Positions 25,790 through 39,064 of a stretch of 64,000 nt of DNA are shown here, one piece after another. This DNA comes from Trichosphaerium sp. ATCC 40318 (taxonomy: Eukaryota; Protista; Tubulinea), in contig JALMLS010000321.1 of NCBI GenBank assembly GCA_038496445.1, forward strand, positions 62,001-126,000, written 5' to 3'. A program made the position numbers and the translations under genes. How positions within the stretch are numbered: the first letter of the stretch is position 1; the number at the start of each line of letters is the position of its first letter. The notes beneath the pieces were generated by a model. That model ran no database searches and had not been told where the DNA came from. It saw only the letters and a program-made list of their open reading frames with translations.

Positions 25790-27989
25790 ATGGCATCAGT
25801 AGCATCTCGAGTACTTGGGATAGTGTGGTTTAGGTACGGAGAAACAAATTTCCTTCCAAAACACCCGATATCGATTCTAAATACCTCAACAACACTCCTT
25901 ACGCGTAATAGAAATGATCTAAGGCTTCATGACCACGAACCATTATTAACAGCGGTGAGAGAAAACGATGGCAACGTTCTACCTGTGTATTGTGTTGATC
26001 CAAGACACTTTGGCAAAACCCGTAACTTCAAATTCCCCCGCACAGGACCACACAGAGCAAAATTCTTGGTGAGAAACTTAAGTTTTTTGATGAAATTTCA
26101 CTACTTTATATCCACCTTCCTGAACACTTGACATGACTCTATCACATAGGTAGAGAGTCTTCAAGATTTGAGATCTAACCTAAAGAGTCTTGGAAGCGAC
26201 TTAATAGTCCGTATGGGCCACCCAGAAACAATTATTACCGAGGTACTACAAATTGTTATTACATTGTCAGCTTAACATCTTGTAGCTTATCCAAGATCTT
26301 CAAGTCAAGCACTCTATAAGCGTGTCAAAAGTATACGCACACCAAGAGGTATTTCTTACGTGCATAAGAAAGTCAAACTAAGTATTTTAGATTTGTTCAG
26401 AAGAGGTTAATGTTGAAAAAAAACTTGTTAAACATCTTAAGAAGAATAACATTAGTACCATCTTAGAACGTCATTGGGGAGGGCAAACAATGTGTCACTT
26501 ACAAGACTTACCATTCGATCCAGAAAATCCAAAGGTCGTACAAAGAACTCTTACATCCTGAGTGCGAGAATCGTTCGCTAAAAAAATTCTAGGAAAATGG
26601 TGTTTTGGAGCAATACACAAAGTTCCGTACACTCGTTGAGAAGCAAACTGAAGTTCGCAATCCTGTTCCTGTACCCACAAAGGATATTGTAACTAAAGTT
26701 TCAGATATCCTACCTTCGTCTTTTATCGCAGGAGATGTGCCTTCAGTCAGCTCTTTAATGGCAATAGGAGACAATACAGACTTTTTACAAGAGTACTTGA
26801 ACGGAAAATATAAGAGCGATGTATCCCTTCCTGGCGGTGAAAGCAGTGCGCTATCACGTTTAAACCATTATTTTTGGGATCACAAGTTGCTTCAGACGTA
26901 CAAGGATACAAGAAACGGATTGCTCGTAAGTTGTCTGTTTCATGGTTTTTTTAATGTTTGTTTTAAGGGCATGGATTACTCTAGCAAGTTTTCTCCATGG
27001 CTTGCTTTTGGTTGTATATCTCCAAGATATATTTATAAACAAGTGATGAAGTACCAAAACGATATTGTATCGAATAAGAGTACATACTGGCTTACTTTTG
27101 AGGTATGTGTTTTGTTTTTTTTTACATACCGATTGTACGATTTTCGACTGACACTGTAAGCTCCTGTGGCGAGATTACTTCAAATTCCTGGCTTTAAAGT
27201 ACAAGAATCGTTTCTTTCATCTGAATGGTATCAAAGAATTCCCAAAAAATGTGCAATGGGGTCAAGATATGACACTTTTTAATAAATGGGCACATGGACA
27301 AGTTGGCATTCCTTTTGTAGATGCAAATCAAATACAAGTACCAATCAACTCGTATCTCATGGTCCCTAACATGTATATAGCTAAATGCCACTGGATTTAT
27401 GTCAAACAGAGGACGCCAAAATGTTGCTAGTTTCCTAGTGAACGACTTAAAGCTAGATTGGCGATTGGTACTTTTCCTTCTTTTTGTTCCTTATTTAGTC
27501 ATACATGTTTTAGGGTGCTGAATGGTTTGAGTCTGTTCTCATAGATCATGACCCTTGTGCGAATTATGGAAACTGGCTATATGTAGCTGGTGTAGGTACT
27601 GATCCTAGACCAGGGAGATACTTTAATGTACACAAACAAGCTACTGTTTATGGTACGTCAAAGAAATTCTATTCTTATTTTTTTCCAACATTTCTGATCC
27701 ACTTCTAGACCGAAAAGGTGAGTTCATCGCTTATTGGCTCCCTCAGCTTGCGTCTCTACCACCTGCATATAGAATTCGACCTGAAACAATGTCAAGAGCT
27801 GAGCAGATTAAACTTGGATTCAAGGAAGGACGACCGTACCCTGCGCCTATTGTAAAAGTTACATACACTGGAGGGAAGAGTAACAAGAATTTATCAAAGA
27901 TGCAAAGAAATGTATCTCGGAATCAATCCAAAAATCGTAAAAATACGCCAGGTCAAAGAACTACAAACCAGTATTTTAATAAGCAATAA
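25790..27989 (+). CDS. CRY-DASH: Cryptochrome DASH
   Basis: WF|[39 protein letters not shown]|[28 protein letters not shown]|[38 protein letters not shown]. Confidence 0.95.
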
Positions 27990-28375
27990 ACTTGATTCTA
28001 CAAGATTCATATCTCTTAAGCCTAAGTCCTCTTATTCACTAAACAATTTTTGACAGTATTGCTTGCATTTGTCGAAATAAATGCTAGGTTGTCGCAGATC
28101 CAAAAGTCAATAATTCTCTGTTGTTCCTCTTTAGAAGTGTTCTATGCCATTACGCATATACCTTTTTGTTAACCTTGCTTACCTTTAACTGATGTGCCAC
28201 CAATCCCTGACAACGATCTGATTTGTAGCACTACGTCCAACAGCACATTATTCTTCGGCCTTAGTGATATCAGTTAGTCGGATTTACCTGCCTTAGCCGT
28301 ATGTTCTTGGAAATATCTTCGCTTAAAATTATCACAGTGCTCTTTATTCAAAGTAACCTACACAGCAGTTAAACA

Positions 28376-29596
28376 ATGAATTTCACCGGCGTTTCAGTAG
28401 AGCAGGTGCTCAAGTACTATCACAATAACCACACGGAAGAGTTTGGTAAAATAACGAAAAAACAACACGAAACGCTAGTAAAACAAGTTGAGAGTGTATT
28501 AGACGTTTCAAACAAGCAACTTGAAAAACAACTAAAGAACATTCTTTGGAACCACATAAACGCCGAGCCTAGTAGCAATACTCTCGTACCTGAGAACGCA
28601 GCACCAAAGCAGAAGCAAACAAGAGAGTATGCCGTTACTTTTTGCGTTTCATTTTGCTAACATTTAATAGTACGCACGTGACAGCCTTGAATATTTTAGA
28701 TTTTCCACCCAGGTCATTGTGAGTATTATACACCATACGGATGCAAACGATAGATTCTCTATTGCACAATCTTGTATCTTAATGTCTGATATCATCCATG
28801 ATATTGTTGGATACAAGCGAGTTTATCTTAACTGTGTACCAGACATTTTAAAGATCAGACAATACAAAGGAATCATGAAGAACAGTTTAATCAAGCTATG
28901 CTACATGGATTGTACTATGCATTCGTTGCTTGCAGGTTGTCAAAACATCTCTGTAAAAATTGATAATTTGTTACGTCTTGGGTGTGATATAACTGATAGT
29001 GACCTCAAACAGCTCGAAGGTGTTCTTCCATTCGACTTTACAATTGTAGACAAGTTACTGATGAAGGCATGAAAGCGCTAAGACATGCTCATACTGTTCA
29101 AATTACCTTTTGTCGTAACATTACAGCCCAAGGTCTATGTGCCCTCAAAGGTGTGCATACAATTACACTTCATACTTGTGAACAAGCTACAGATGATGTC
29201 ATCGAAGCACTGAGACATGTACATACAATTAAACTTAGTAATTGTATAAATATTACAGACAAAGGTATCAAAATGCTCAGACTTGCTCATACTGTACATC
29301 TTCAGAATTGTTACAATGTCACAAATGAAGGCATCAAAGCACTTGGAAACGTTCATGCCATACGAATTAACAATTGCAAAAGGGTCACAACCGAAGGAAT
29401 TAAAGCACTAGGACATGTTCATACCGTTGAAATTTTTAAATGTCTGGTTACAGACGAGGGTATTATAGCACTGACAGGCGTACACAATTTAAAGCTTAGA
29501 AGTTGTTGGCTTGTATCTACCGAAGGTATCATGGCACTTGAAGGGGAGTGGGTAAGATATGGATGTTTTAAATCTGGAAATGTTAAGGAAGTGTGA
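28376..29596 (+). pseudogene. F-box plus ~24-aa leucine-rich-repeat protein, apparently frameshifted
   Basis: F-box-like LNILDFPP.VIVSII and repeats ITDxGIKALxxVHTIxLxNC; single-base frame breaks near 28710 and 29025. Confidence 0.7.
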
Positions 29597-30650
29597 TGGA
29601 AGTGCTTTTTCTCCCCACACCATCTACAAATTGAGTCCTCAGCCGCCGGACATGGGCTATAGCACCCCGGCCCTCAAGGAAGGAAGATTATGTGGTATAT
29701 TTATTGATGGTGTGGTGAGAAAAAACACTTCCATCATACTTCCTTTACATTTCTAGATTTTAAAAACTTCCAGATTTTACCTTTTCCGACTTGAAGGTAG
29801 TTTTGGTATTATCATGTGCTAACAAGTTACCAAAAAGTGCTTGTAAAAGCCAGTGCCAACATACACTTACATATCTAATACACAATAAACCATTATGTTG
29901 CTATTCATCACATGAAAAATATTGTGTCTGTAATTCATATGAAAGAAACATTCGTTTAGAGATGCCGAAGCAAAGGCCTTTTCCTAATAGTGAGTGGAAA
30001 AATCATTGACACTGCTTGTGGCGAAGACTACGAAAGATTACAAGAAAGTTTGTAGATGCTTTTATGTCCAAACAAGGGGAAACAAGAAAAAACCTTCTAT
30101 TACACTTGGCTAAAATGTACAATACGAAAATCACCAAGTTGTATCGCCATAAATAATAAAGAACAAACTTCACAAACATGCTTATTTGGTAATTGCATAA
30201 CCTTTTTGTGGTATTCCTTAACGAAAATGATTGATTGAGTCAAGTTACAGCTCAACTTTGGTATCTTTGTGTGATTCACTTTTCTTTAAGCGAAGGTTCT
30301 CAAATAAAGTGCCTAATATCAGTACTGTCACACAGCCTAGTCCGTATGCCTACATTGAATCTTCGTTCTTCCCCGTTCGCAGTGAACACCCCAAACTTTT
30401 GAAAAAAAGTTGATCTTATTTTGTTCGAGTTCTTGGCGGAGCTTGTTTTAGGATTTTACGCCTCAAACACCACGTTGTGTTTGGCACAGTCTGGTTACAA
30501 CAAAAATATTACCATACATGTTTACGCACGTGTTCACTAAATATCTGTAGTATCCAATAGAGCTATTCACACTACGCTATGCCCCTTCTTTAAACAATTT
30601 TACACAAAAAGTGTGAAATTGTCAATAGAAGTTTCGATATCAAGCACAAA

Positions 30651-33208
30651 ATGCAGCTGCTAGTCTTTATTGGCTTTCTTGCGTTTGTTTCATCAACTTA
30701 TGGAGCTACACTCACTGTTTCTAACGGCGTACCCGTCAATCCGATGCTATTCGCAGGAAATGACGTGTGGATAAGTGCTCAGCTTACCTACGATTCACGT
30801 GCGAATGAAAAGGTATTTGGATCGGTATTTGACATTAACATTTTTTAGCTGCTTTAAAAACAGGTCTTGGAGGCACATTCATGGGTGGTGTACGGTTTCC
30901 AGGTACTATTAAACACTATAACTTAGAATAATCCAAATAAAATTTAAAAAACATCAATCTGCTCAGAAACTACTATTGTCGAGTCAGGTCAAGTTAACGC
31001 TTCAGTTTTTTTTTTTACTTTTCTCAAAAAGGAAACCCAGCAACAGACTTTATCCGTTTCATTTTTTTTTTCAAAAGTGTAGTACAGCGCCCTACGGTCT
31101 CATTGCACATGTTTTTTTTGGAAAGTTTTTTTTTTGTTGAGTAAGGAACAGTTACAGATTTATGTCAAACTCTGGTACAGGAACGTAATTTGTCCCATTT
31201 ACGCCATGCTCGTAACAAACAGTATGTTGTACATGTTTAACAGGGGTATCAGCTCTGTTGAGAGCGGTTTGCATGACGCCTTTCCACGTGGTAAAAAAAA
31301 TTACTATACTAAGAAAACCAGACCGTTAACTTGACCTGACTCCACAATATTTACAGTACCTTGTGGCCAACACTCTCATTTTCGAACTTCAGTTTTTTTA
31401 TTCACGTACCAATAATCTAAAAGCAGCGTAGGTGGCACAGTGGCAAATTACTGGAACCTTACGTCATCACAATATGTAAAAGGTATTTCGTGATACACCA
31501 GAAAGATTGAGAGATTAACAGTTCTTCTTTTCGTTTAGGATGCAATGTTGGGGCATGCGAGAAATGGGCAGTACCAACGTCCAAGTTTCCTGCCAATACC
31601 TTCAGCACAAAGAATTTTTTCAATGGAGTTGTTTCACATGTGAAATCACGTGCGCAATCTTATAATCCATTGAAAAACTTAATCTGTTTTAGAATCAGCG
31701 GTGATTGACCTTAACTTGCTTACTATGACGGTTGAGGAAATCAAGGCATCGCTGGATACAATAAAAGCATCGAATGTTGATGTCATGTATCTTGAGCTTG
31801 GTAACGAGTATTACCTCGAGCAATACAGGCCTGTGTTTCCAAACTCTACAGTGTACATGGAAAAATGCAAACCTGTTATTGCATATGCCAGAAGTACGTC
31901 CCTAAAAGCACCTCCCATATCTTTTTTTGTATTATATACTGAACGTGATTCTAGACTTATTTCCTAGCGCTAAGATCGCTGCTGTCGCATCATTTAGTGA
32001 GGTAAGGCATTTTTTTTAAAACCATTTTCTTGATTGTTCTATTCTCATTATTTTCTTTGCGAAACAGATTCTTGAAAAGCCTGGTAAACCAGATGCGTGG
32101 AATAAGGAGATAAGAGAATATGTTGATATGGTTGATGCCTTGACCATACATTTATACCGAATGAATGACATCGAAGCAAAAAAGTTTGGTATAGATAAAG
32201 TCCCATCAGTGTAAGGAACACTCAAGTAGCTTGTTTTAATATTAATTTGTTTGGTAGACTTGCTTCCTTTTGGGGAAGCTGCATTGAGAACAGCCACAGA
32301 AAGTAGTCAAACACTTTTTGGAAGCAAAGTAAAGTTTTGGTTGACAGAGTATAATATAGCAGGACATCAACCGTACTTGGAGTCTATTCGTAATGGTCCA
32401 GCTCACGCGTTTTTCATGGTAATTTTTTCCTTTTTAGTCTTGAACTCAGTTTTGATTAGTTGGGACATATGCTTACAGGTGTCAACTACCATGACCAAAT
32501 TGAAATGGTAATGATACATTCAGCCACAAACCTAGCATGGGATACAAGTGCCGGTATAATCAAGGTTGTAGGTACGCCCGAATACTCAAATACAATTCAA
32601 ACTAATATTTCCATTTAACTCTTTGTTGAGATGTATCCTACCCACAAGTCAGCGAAACCTCACAGTTCATGGCACTCCTAAACTACATTGCATTATACAA
32701 AAGCGAAATGATGCATCCAGTTGAAGTATGTCTACAAAGCGCTTGAATAACCAGAGCTGTTTTTTTTTTTTGGCTGACTACAAACCAAGGTAACAAATGC
32801 TCCAACCATTGGCATTGAGAATCTTGGATTTGCCAATTTATCTTGTATACAAGCAGCCGCTTTCACAGGGAAAGATAGTATGGCATTGGCAGTATTGAAC
32901 AGATGCGATGAAGATATTGTCATTGAATTGAACAAAGAACCTGACTTCAAAACATTCAAGCAAATATCCTACAAAGCGAATGCTGAAGACAAAGGTAACC
33001 TTGAATCTTCTTGAAATTTGTTTTTACCTACAATTCTCATCACGTGATCTTTTCTTACAAATTTATAATAGCAACATGGAGCAATATACCATCTTCTTTA
33101 CCACCATGGGATGTACCAGCCAAACCAAGTATTTCAAGTGGCAGTGTTGTATCCCCTTGGAAATGTAGTTGTGGTGGATATACTTTTTCTGTTATTGAAT
33201 TTCAATAA
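30651..33208 (+). CDS. Secreted clan GH-A glycoside hydrolase (GH79/GH51-like)
   Basis: Signal peptide; VRFP|GGTVANYW; YLELGNEYY (acid/base); FWLTEYN (nucleophile); C-terminal beta-sandwich. Confidence 0.85.
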
Positions 33209-33447
33209 AGTCAACACTTTTCATAACCTATACTACACAGTTTCAAACTACTTAATACGTCGATTAACATTGCACAGCTATCTTTCACTTGGCACAATAT
33301 GCAATGAAACGAGAACCAAAATTGCTTCTGTATAAACAGCCAAGTCACTGTTAAATTTTCACACAAATATTCGTAAACTCAATTTACGTCAGTCAACCTA
33401 AGTCAGAATGGTGCAAGTGTTCAAAATTAGGCTTCCCTACAAGTAAC

Positions 33448-34445
33448 ATGGCAGCAAAGTACCCTTCCACTTTTTTGTTATGTCCAGTGCCCGAGGAGAT
33501 ATTCATTTATCATATTGCGCCAAATGCTCTGTATTCGCTAAATGATGTACGTTCCTTCACGTTAATAAACAGTACAACATACAACACGGCCAAGAGAAGC
33601 AAAAACCTGTGGAAACCGTTCCTTTCGCGCGTACGCGCAGCAAGACTCTCTTGGATGGCGCACAATGACTCTCCCGACCTCAAAGCCATGTTTTCAAAGC
33701 TCCGCTCTCTATTATCGGCTGTAGACGAACCATTCCCTGTTTTAAGGACAGAAGTCGTGTGTCTGAGCGAATGCAACTTGTTAGAAGTGCTACGACATTT
33801 ATCATTTCAAGTGTACTCTCAAACCAATACTCAGGCTTTCCTCATGTATCTTCTGCTCCTCCGTCAAGCCGAGGATATTTCTATTTAAGCCCTTCAGCAG
33901 TTTGCAAGGTAGGTGGTAGCTGGAAAAAGATCATAGGAACAAAGTTAGATGAAGAACTTGGGCATACAGAAACAATTGATGTTGAAGATACTGTTCTGGC
34001 ATACAAAGCAACTCTCGATAGCCCTCTGCCCGACATGGAAACTGTGGCATACCTCAATGCGTATTTGCAAAGGAGAGTATATCAATCAGGAGCTGTAATG
34101 ATCTTTAGAGGACAGAAGTACAGCACAAGGCCAAGAAGCAGAGGAACACATTATTTAATTAATGGAAAAATGGAATTATATTCTTCTGGAGGTGGTACCC
34201 TATTTTCATTTGCTGGAACATTTCATCCATGCCCTGATGGTTTGAGTGTTCAGAGTAAATTGATAGAAGGTACCTTAATAGTGAAAGGTGAATCTTTTTG
34301 TATAGATTCAGTTGAAAATTACATGTCATCTTCATGGAGTGCTCCAAGTTTATGTGATGGTCCTAGACTTGTTTTTACAGTTAAACAATCTTCTAAAACA
34401 TTTGTATTAGACCTATGGAAAGGTTGTATACAAGCAGTAAGCTGA
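33448..34445 (+). pseudogene. Intronless F-box-like protein split by a frameshift
   Basis: N-terminal PVPEEIFIYHIA...LWK motif; two overlapping ORFs with a frame switch near 33755-33790 and no obvious intron. Confidence 0.5.
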
Positions 34446-34737
34446 CATGTGACATGATCTGTTTACTGTATAATCTTGCAATTTCTTCTTGTTTTGTATT
34501 GTTTTTGTTGCAGTTGGATACAAATCCACTTCTCACTCCCAACTTTACCTTCGCTCCTTCTATTTCTTCATTCATAGTCAACTCTGAAGTCTCTATCTGA
34601 ATGCAATAGGTAATCATAGCTTAAATAGGAACACAAGGTGCACATGGACAGTCAGGTCCACAAACGGTCAGACAGCTATGCTTTTTACCAAATAATAGCA
34701 CAACAGAAACTACTTTTTATTGAGAGCTATAAAGAAG

Positions 34738-36659
34738 CTAAGCAAGCTTTAACTCGCTGTTACATTTAGTTATAAACAAAGATAATTCATCATCGCCCTC
34801 TGGAACAGGCCACCTTTAAAGAAAATAATAAGCATTTTAAATTAAAACGTCATTAACGCAAATACTCACTCTACGAATCCAAATACTCTTTTACCAGTAG
34901 CTGTTAGGTCTTTTGGTGTTGCCCTATTTGAACACTTTCCTTCACCGCTCTCATCTTGAGGGAAGTCGGGACCTATGCATATGGTTAATGCAGTTGTTAT
35001 TTTAATAATAGCTACATACCTGGCTTGCCATCAATAAAGCTTTGGCGTTGCTTTGCCTAGTTATATCGTTTTTAGTAAAACAAGTAAATTGAGACTGTGC
35101 GTACAATGTATCTGGAATTTTTCTCACATAAAGGAGTAGCAGCAATATATACAACATTCGAGTACCCTGTACCTTCATGTTTTTGCTCTACTGAGTGTAT
35201 AAGATCAGGATGCCACCAAACTCTAAAGAAGAAAAAAACGCTGATTAGAATGTGAAAAGAAATGCAGTTGTCATTTTCGACATACGTATCGCCTGGGTTT
35301 ACTTTTGGAATAGTAACAATACCCTTTAGAAGATCCTCATGGAATTTAGGAACTATTTTTTGGCTCTAATTTTGAGTGTGATCAGCATTTGAAGGTCAAA
35401 AACTATAAATGACTTACTTTTCCATATGAAGCACCACACAAATCCGCATCATCTGTTGCCTCTACAAGCGGTTTGAGTAGCATATAGCTTGTAGCCAATT
35501 TGACACTTGGTATAACACGTAAAGTACCATCTCCAGGACCCTACACGAACTCGTAAGTTGAAACCAACATCAAATTTGATGTGCCTGTGAAGTTAATGCG
35601 ACCCATCCTTGAAATGAACGAAATACTGTAGAGTTATTTGGAGACTCAATTTCCTGTACTTTTACTCTATGTTCTCCATCTAAATTTTCCGTATCAGAAA
35701 GAAAATATACAGAATGTCATTTGGCATGGTTTTGCGAAAAAAACGAGAATGTCAAATCAAGAAAACGTACCCCAAGGATCAAATGATTCTATTTCGCCTT
35801 TGAATACCTTCTCGTAATAATTTTGATAATCACTATCAACCCATCTCTCTACACTACCACCGTCCTAAGGCAAAAAAAGTCAATGACAAAGTGACAGGTG
35901 ATGTTCACTGAATATGTTGTTAAAGTAAAACTGTTTGCTTCTACGCACAATGTGGGGCATTAATCCGCGGTTTGTTTTTGGTGCTCTTATTCTACACCTA
36001 TCCGCATAAATTGTTGGTCTGTCTGGATCAAAAAATATCTGCTTGTCGTCCCTACATGCGCGTCAAAAAACCCAACTTACAAGTTCATCTAAAACTCGTG
36101 CCTCCAACGCCAAAGTCTATTTAAGAATCCTGTAGCCTTCACCATATTATCGTGTTGGCGAAGAGCGACTTGCGTAGGCGCCCAATACACTGGAAAGATA
36201 GGAGAGGCGCCTTTTCTTGAAAAGTACTTAGAGAGGCTATCTGCGTTGTTCTTAGATCCGTTAGTACGTAAATAGAGCAAGAGTACGTACTGTAAGGTTG
36301 TTTTCAAGAGCATAAGTCTCAATAGCTGAATTGAGTTGGTTTACTTCTTTTTCAGGTATAACACCGCGTATAATTATCGCACCGCGTCGTTTACTACGCA
36401 ATTCAAGTTAAACGTGATTTAACTGAAATTGCTGGCCTTACCACTCGTTTATTTGCTCTGTAGTCACTTTACCATCTACTATATCTTGAAATTGTACCTC
36501 AGCAACTGCTTTAGGACCTAATTTCGCTATTTCCTCCATTTCTTTTTGAACAGCATCAGATAGCGCATTAAATGTCTTTTCTAGCTCTTCCTTTGATTCA
36601 AACTTTGCGCGTAGTTCCTTCTTTGCTTTTATTTGTAGCTTAGTGTATGCGTCAGCCAT
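34738..36659 (-). CDS. Gig2/YbiU-like (DUF1479) Fe/2OG-type oxygenase
   Basis: KRRGAIIIRGV, VYWAPTQVALRQH, YADRCRIR, PH|.DGGSVERW, FRSFQGWVAL, VWWHPDLIHSVE, YIAATP, PDFPQDESGE. Confidence 0.88.
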
Positions 36660-37284
36660 TGTACTTGGTTGCTTATGTCAACTGAATGAATTCGTTTACT
36701 TTTTATCAATTTTATAACGGGTAAAAACGTTCCGTTAAAAAAAGCGCTTGGCACCTTCTGTACTCAGATTTTTCTCGTTAATACTAAATATTTAAATCCC
36801 ATTGCTTGCACAAGGAATGTCCATTCTAAGACATACAATGGAGCTCCAGATCCGATATAATATTGTCACTGCCTACATAACAATCTGGACCTTTCTTGTT
36901 AGGCAATTTCTTCCATGTTACCTTACCACTGTTTTCTCAACACGCACTATTTTGGTGATAAAGGCACATGAATGATCACATGTTTTTCCGCACGCGAATA
37001 TTTATCGCAATCAGTCCCTAACCAAAGCAACACAAACTTTTGCTTTTATTCTGGTCAAGATTCTCCTTAATGTTCCGTTAAGTTCTATTTTACAAGTATT
37101 GTGTACAAGTCAAAATCGTCTTGTCGCAGTTTGGGATATCATCAACAAAAGGTAGACTAGACTGTAGAATACCTCCCTAGCGCGATCGCGCGCCCAGCAC
37201 ATAATTTCAGCCAACAGCTCAAAACTGGACAGTTATTAAGTGGCGCAAACATTCTTCATCAGTCTTCACCTTTTGACTTACTCT

Positions 37285-38676
37285 ATGTCATTCGCCATTA
37301 GAGGTATCAAGAAGTCGTTCCTTGGTACTTGCGAGACATTATACAATCAAATTGAGTTAACGTATTTTAAAAAAGAGCTCAACGCATCTAATTTCATTCC
37401 AAAGCTCCCTGTGGAGCTTTTATACACCCTATTCGAGACGCTAGCAGTAATTGGTAGTAAAACGGATGTACAAGCGCTAGGAGCTATAAACAACTTTAAT
37501 AATATTGTTTTCAAAGCAATTGAACAAAAAGCAAGAAAATACGTTATTCGCAAATACCACCTTGATGATCAAAGTATTACTCGTTGCACCAAGCGTTATA
37601 CATGGATACAAGCCAAGATTGCTTTCAATGGATGGTTTTCTTATTTTATAAGAAGGAATTTTGGTGAAGACAAACACGTGCCACAATTACTTATTGTACG
37701 TTGAAGGTTGCTTAAAGTTGTACAACTTGGTTTGTTTTTTTTTCCGTTATCAACTTTTCAAAAAAACCGAAATTACACCGTAACTTGCTTCCACGTGATT
37801 TTACAAACCTTTTTTAATTATCAGGCACTATATGCTGAAGCGTTTTTACAACATGGGATGACGTTTAAAGGTACTAATAAACCAATTTGTTCAGGGTATC
37901 TAAAACTTATTTATTAGCACCTGAGGAAGGTACAAATAGTTTGCTTGATGACTGGTCATTTACATGGAAAGATGATTTAACACCTCATCTCAAATATTCA
38001 GCGCCATATCGTCTTAATAGTGGTATTACACTATCAGTAAGGAGAGTTTTAAAGCACTACAAAGACAAGATTTTATGGATAGCAATAGCAGGCTACGAGT
38101 CTGAAACGCAAGGGTACCCTACAACTAGCCTTACGAATTGCATTGCGCTAACCATACAAACCAAGGTTTGGATTGTACAAGAGAGATGAAGTAGATGACT
38201 GGGGGAATGCTGCAGTAGTAGAAATGTAAGTTTACTAAAAATTTACAACAAAAATAATGCAGAATCTTCTGGTGTTAGCTTTTCGCTATCTATCGCACCA
38301 AAACTTTTGCGTTTTTATTTTCACATTAAATTATTTCGATTACACCCAATCAACAAAGTTCATCATCAAAATTGGTTAATAGACAAAAACTTGAAACTTT
38401 CCATTTTGTTTTTTCCCAACTCTTATTTTACTTTTTTTTGATAGGTATCTTTTCTATGGTCGTAGTGCTATGACACAATACACAAATTTCTATATGTTTG
38501 CAAAATCAAGATCAGAATGTATCTATTCAGAATCAAAATGGAATAATTATTTAAAGGAACATAACATTACAGATACAGACAAGTATGTTTCAAATGAAAA
38601 AGTTTTTACTGATTTGAGTGATGTAAACTATAACCTTTGCCTTGAAGCAGCTTCTCATAATAAATCAATAGCATAA
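37285..38676 (+). CDS. Hypothetical protein with F-box-like motif
   Basis: IPKLPVELLYTLFETL near the N-terminus; three large exons; boundaries approximate. Confidence 0.5.
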
Positions 38677-39064
38677 CAACCCTTGTAAAACAACGTCGTT
38701 TTTTGGTACACTAAAAGACATCTAGCAACTAAAAAAAACGGTTTTTTCGAGAATTTCGGTCATTATTTTTGATCTCTTTTTTTTCTGTTCTACAACTGCC
38801 TTTTTTCGTTTTAGACTGCGTTAAATGTCCACTACTGCTGTATTAGATGTTATACATTACCCAGAAGAAAATTAAAGACTAGTGAACGTTTTATCCTTTT
38901 TTGGTGTTCAGCAGAACAAGTAAAAACGACTCTGGAGATATCCTAGCACTCGCTAAAGTAAGTGGAAAACAACGATAGCATTAATAACCGTTGCAACTCG
39001 GTTTTTTTTTCTTTTCGGGTTCTACGTGTAAAAAAACGATTTTATCGCTACTAACGCGCTGCAG

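Noticed and set aside
30903-31431. Long intron possibly hosting a snoRNA
   Set aside because: No convincing C/D or H/ACA box arrangement recognised.
34617-34710. Cys-rich mini ORF on the minus strand (CLTVCGPDCPCAPCVPI)
   Set aside because: No start codon or upstream exon could be found; it abuts the 3' end of the Gig2-like gene.
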